From the NCBI RefSeq assembly GCF_018977255.1, contig NW_024704743.1, forward strand, positions 52,950,001-53,014,000: a DNA stretch of 64,000 nucleotides. Direction: 5' to 3'. The DNA is from Callorhinchus milii (taxonomy: Eukaryota). The notes below the pieces were generated by a model, which ran no database searches, was not told the origin of the DNA, and was given only the letters and a program-made list of their open reading frames with translations. Of this stretch, positions 61,011-64,000 are shown in pieces. Position numbers and translations under genes: made by a program. Every line of letters begins with the position of its first letter. Position 1 is the stretch's first letter.

Positions 61011-64000
61011 CTTTGACTCCTCGGGAAAGCACACGGCTGGTAAGTATGCACAGATCTCAGCCGGTACTCACCTGGTGGTGCAGATTATCACATCAAGCCA
61101 GTAATTAAATGGTGCATGTTGCACAGCATAGCTTTTGGAATCATCTCCAGACACAGATGATAAATTCTGTTCATACTGTGCCCACTTATAATAAAACGAT
61201 GGGAGAACAGGGGTGTAGGGAAAAGTAGCTCCATACACATTGGAAAAATAAAATTTAAAACATCTGAAATTACAGTATCACTCCATTTGGTTAAAGCAAC
61301 AATCCTTTAAGATAATACTTTCACAAAAAGGTTAAATATCCCTTGATATTGATTTCAGTGTTATTCCTCCTTTACTTCCTCATTATGGTAGCCTTCTTTC
61401 TATCTTTTCATAACACCATAAACCTTAAACTGATGAAGTGACAAAGAGTGGTACATTGGAGAGGAAGTAGGCAGATTTATTGGCTCATTTCCTCCATTCA
61501 GTGGCCACCAGGGCCTGCTCTACGTACCCTGCCCCAACCAGCCACCATTTGCTTCAGCTGTCGGCTAAATATCAACACAAATACAAAATAACAAAATAAA
61601 ATGAGGCTATTCTTGCCCATTTCAAACCACAAATATTTTGGAGTTAAAGATTAGAGTTCACACTTTTCTCCTGAGGCAGCTTACTCACAACTAAAATTTC
61701 AGAGAAGGCAGAACCTTTAAAATTTCTCCCCGACTTCTGAAGGTAAACAAACACACTAGGATATTGATTACAAATAGCATTATTCAGCTCTGAGCAGCAG
61801 CATTCAACAGATGCCTTGATCCCAGAAGCAAAGAGAACCATTGTGTTCCACGGAGCATTTGATCTACAGCTATGATTATACGTATAAGGAACAGCAATTC
61901 ACCCAACTCATTCTTAAAGCAGTTGAATCAACCATAATACCAATGCTTGCGATGAGAGGGTTTTCTGTGTATCTATTTTTTGGGGGAGAGGCAGAATTAC
62001 TTCTGGTCTCCGGTTCCAATTGCATTCACTTTAGAATGCTTAATAAGAAGAGACATATTTGGGAAGTAAGAGTATTAAGGGATATGGATGAAAAAAGCAA
62101 GAGATAAAAATCTGCCCTGATCTAATATAATGATAAACTAGTTCAATTAGCCAAATTAATTTTAACAAGTTGCATTGTTATAACACTCTTCACATAGGGC
62201 AACATTTCCGAGCGCTTGAATTACTACAGTTCCTATGCTTTTCAGTTCAACAATCAGTTAAGCAGCTGACCCAGATTGGCAGCCTTTTTACCACTTTAAT
62301 GAATTGATCAAAAAGAAATGGGCATTATGATTTAGAAAAAAACAGAATTATAATTATGGTTCCAAACCGATTGCTCCTTGAGCTCAGTTTGCCTGGAAAG
62401 AGTTTTCACACATTGCTCCCGAGGCTGGGAATTAATTATAGCTAACAACATCTAAGGTACTATGAAGTACTTCAATACTACCCAAAATGGGCTTTTACTT
62501 CCAATGCTACACCTCATTAAAATACTGACAAGTTTTCTCATTTTGGCAGTTTTTCTTCTACATGTAAATATGTGCTAATTTCTTTAGCAATGCTGAACCT
62601 CCCCTCAACATGTACCTATTCAATTGTAGTATTGGGATAACAGGCAAACACCATTGAACATAGCTGATGCACCCTCAATTCTGCAGCCTCCTACATCCAT
62701 GGATTTTTGGATTGATAAATAGTACTCAAACTTCAACATGGGAAAACACATAAATAGGATCGTCCCAATTTATGACGTTACCTATATTGAGTTTTAAAAA
62801 AATTAAAAACCTGAATCTTGCAAATTGTTTTTAATAGCACAGGTCAAGTTTGGAGTACTAAATACTTCAAGTAACTCTTCCCATGGATGCTATTTATTAG
62901 CTCCTGAATACAATTTATTAGATCATTACATTCCACTACAAGGCCTACAATGAACAAACCCAAGTGTGCTCACCGATGAATATTAAGTGCTTTCAACTGT
63001 GCTATTACTGCAACAGACCGGTCAGCTGGTGGCATCTGTTCCCACTGGTGAGCAGATAAATACTTGGATTTGCTGGGGCAGCATGATTCTATTTTATCTG
63101 AAAGCTGATTAACTTGGAGTATTTTTTTCTCAGAGGATTTCCAGGAGCTTTGGCTTCAGTTGCAATCTGTCACCTTTGTAATTCTCTCAACAAGGTCAAT
63201 GCCATCACATCTGCTCTCGCCTATTTAACTCTCCCTCAAAGCAGTTGTCCGCTTTTCACATATATTTTGCAAAACAAAGCTCCTTTTACAGCTTCAACAG
63301 TAACAATGTTAAAAATCTCATTAAAAATACCCTGTGTCCTGATTGAAGTTCAATTGTTCATCTTATCAGCAAGGCATCCTGTTCACTAATCCACTGCAGA
63401 CAGATAGATAAACATCAATGGCAGTAAAGAGAAATATAAACCTGCTTCCGCCTGTCTTTGCTTACCAAAATGCGATTGAAGAAGTTGTCATTGTGAAACG
63501 TTAAAAACAAACAAAAGTATACTGTATCTCCAATTTCATCCAGTACAAAAGAATCCGTCTCCACACAGATAATACCTCCCAAGTTCTCCCAACAAATCCA
63601 AACACAAACAAAACGGAAATTATTGGCTGTATACACACACACACACCTACTTGATGTAGTTTAATAGTCAACCAGGTATAATCCCAATACATATGTATGC
63701 ACATCTCTCATAATTACTGCACTGGCGCGAGTAAGATTGAGTACTGGTCCTAAGAACTGTCGCAGGTTAGCTCAGCAGTGAATTCACAACGTCGCTTCTA
63801 AAGTCTTTCTCCTTCCCTTCCAAAGCTGGAGAGCTAGCTCCCACCCACCAAGAGATCCAGCATGGTCACATGGCACAGCATAGAAAATAAATCCAACCCA
63901 TTATAAAATTAAGCAATGCTTCACCAAATACTGCACAGACTGAAGGGATTTTTCTGTTTGTCTATTCCCAATATAATAATAATTCTTGCATTTGATATAG

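Noticed and set aside
61036..61075. Opposed consensus donors (+ CTG|gtaagt, - CAG|gtgagt at 61072)
   Set aside because: No convincing acceptor, promoter or in-frame ORF; isolated donors are common by chance, though a 5' UTR exon cannot be excluded

Overview
AT-rich, repeat-dense vertebrate genomic DNA. The repeat set (L2, CR1 and RTE LINE remnants, tRNA-Ala-headed SINEs, Deu-domain SINEs, a shark-type palindromic Penelope-derived element) points to a cartilaginous fish, possibly a chimaera; this is inference, not a database result. Two spliced genes lie tail-to-tail. On + are the last six coding exons of PEX1 (1191-11331). On - is the complete 11-exon, 540-codon CDS of the MAGUK p55-family scaffold MPP6/PALS2 (48659 down to 18428). 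All junctions were read by hand, are GT-AG and keep frame. 48.7-64 kb appears to be MPP6 5' intron or upstream DNA with no clear CpG-island promoter. There is no prokaryotic-type system (no CRISPR, no operon). Best leads: (1) a candidate intronic promoter and alternative first exon of MPP6 (MPDKNCTFIHWIRQKHSEFM) that would replace most of the first L27 domain with a Cys-bearing N-terminus; (2) a TSD-flanked palindromic Penelope-type element with two head-to-head degenerate hammerhead cores; (3) PEX1/MPP6 adjacency, which differs from the human gene order; (4) nested TE insertions, TIR-bounded MITEs and a self-templated 60-bp insertion. Repeat boundaries are approximate unless exact positions are given.
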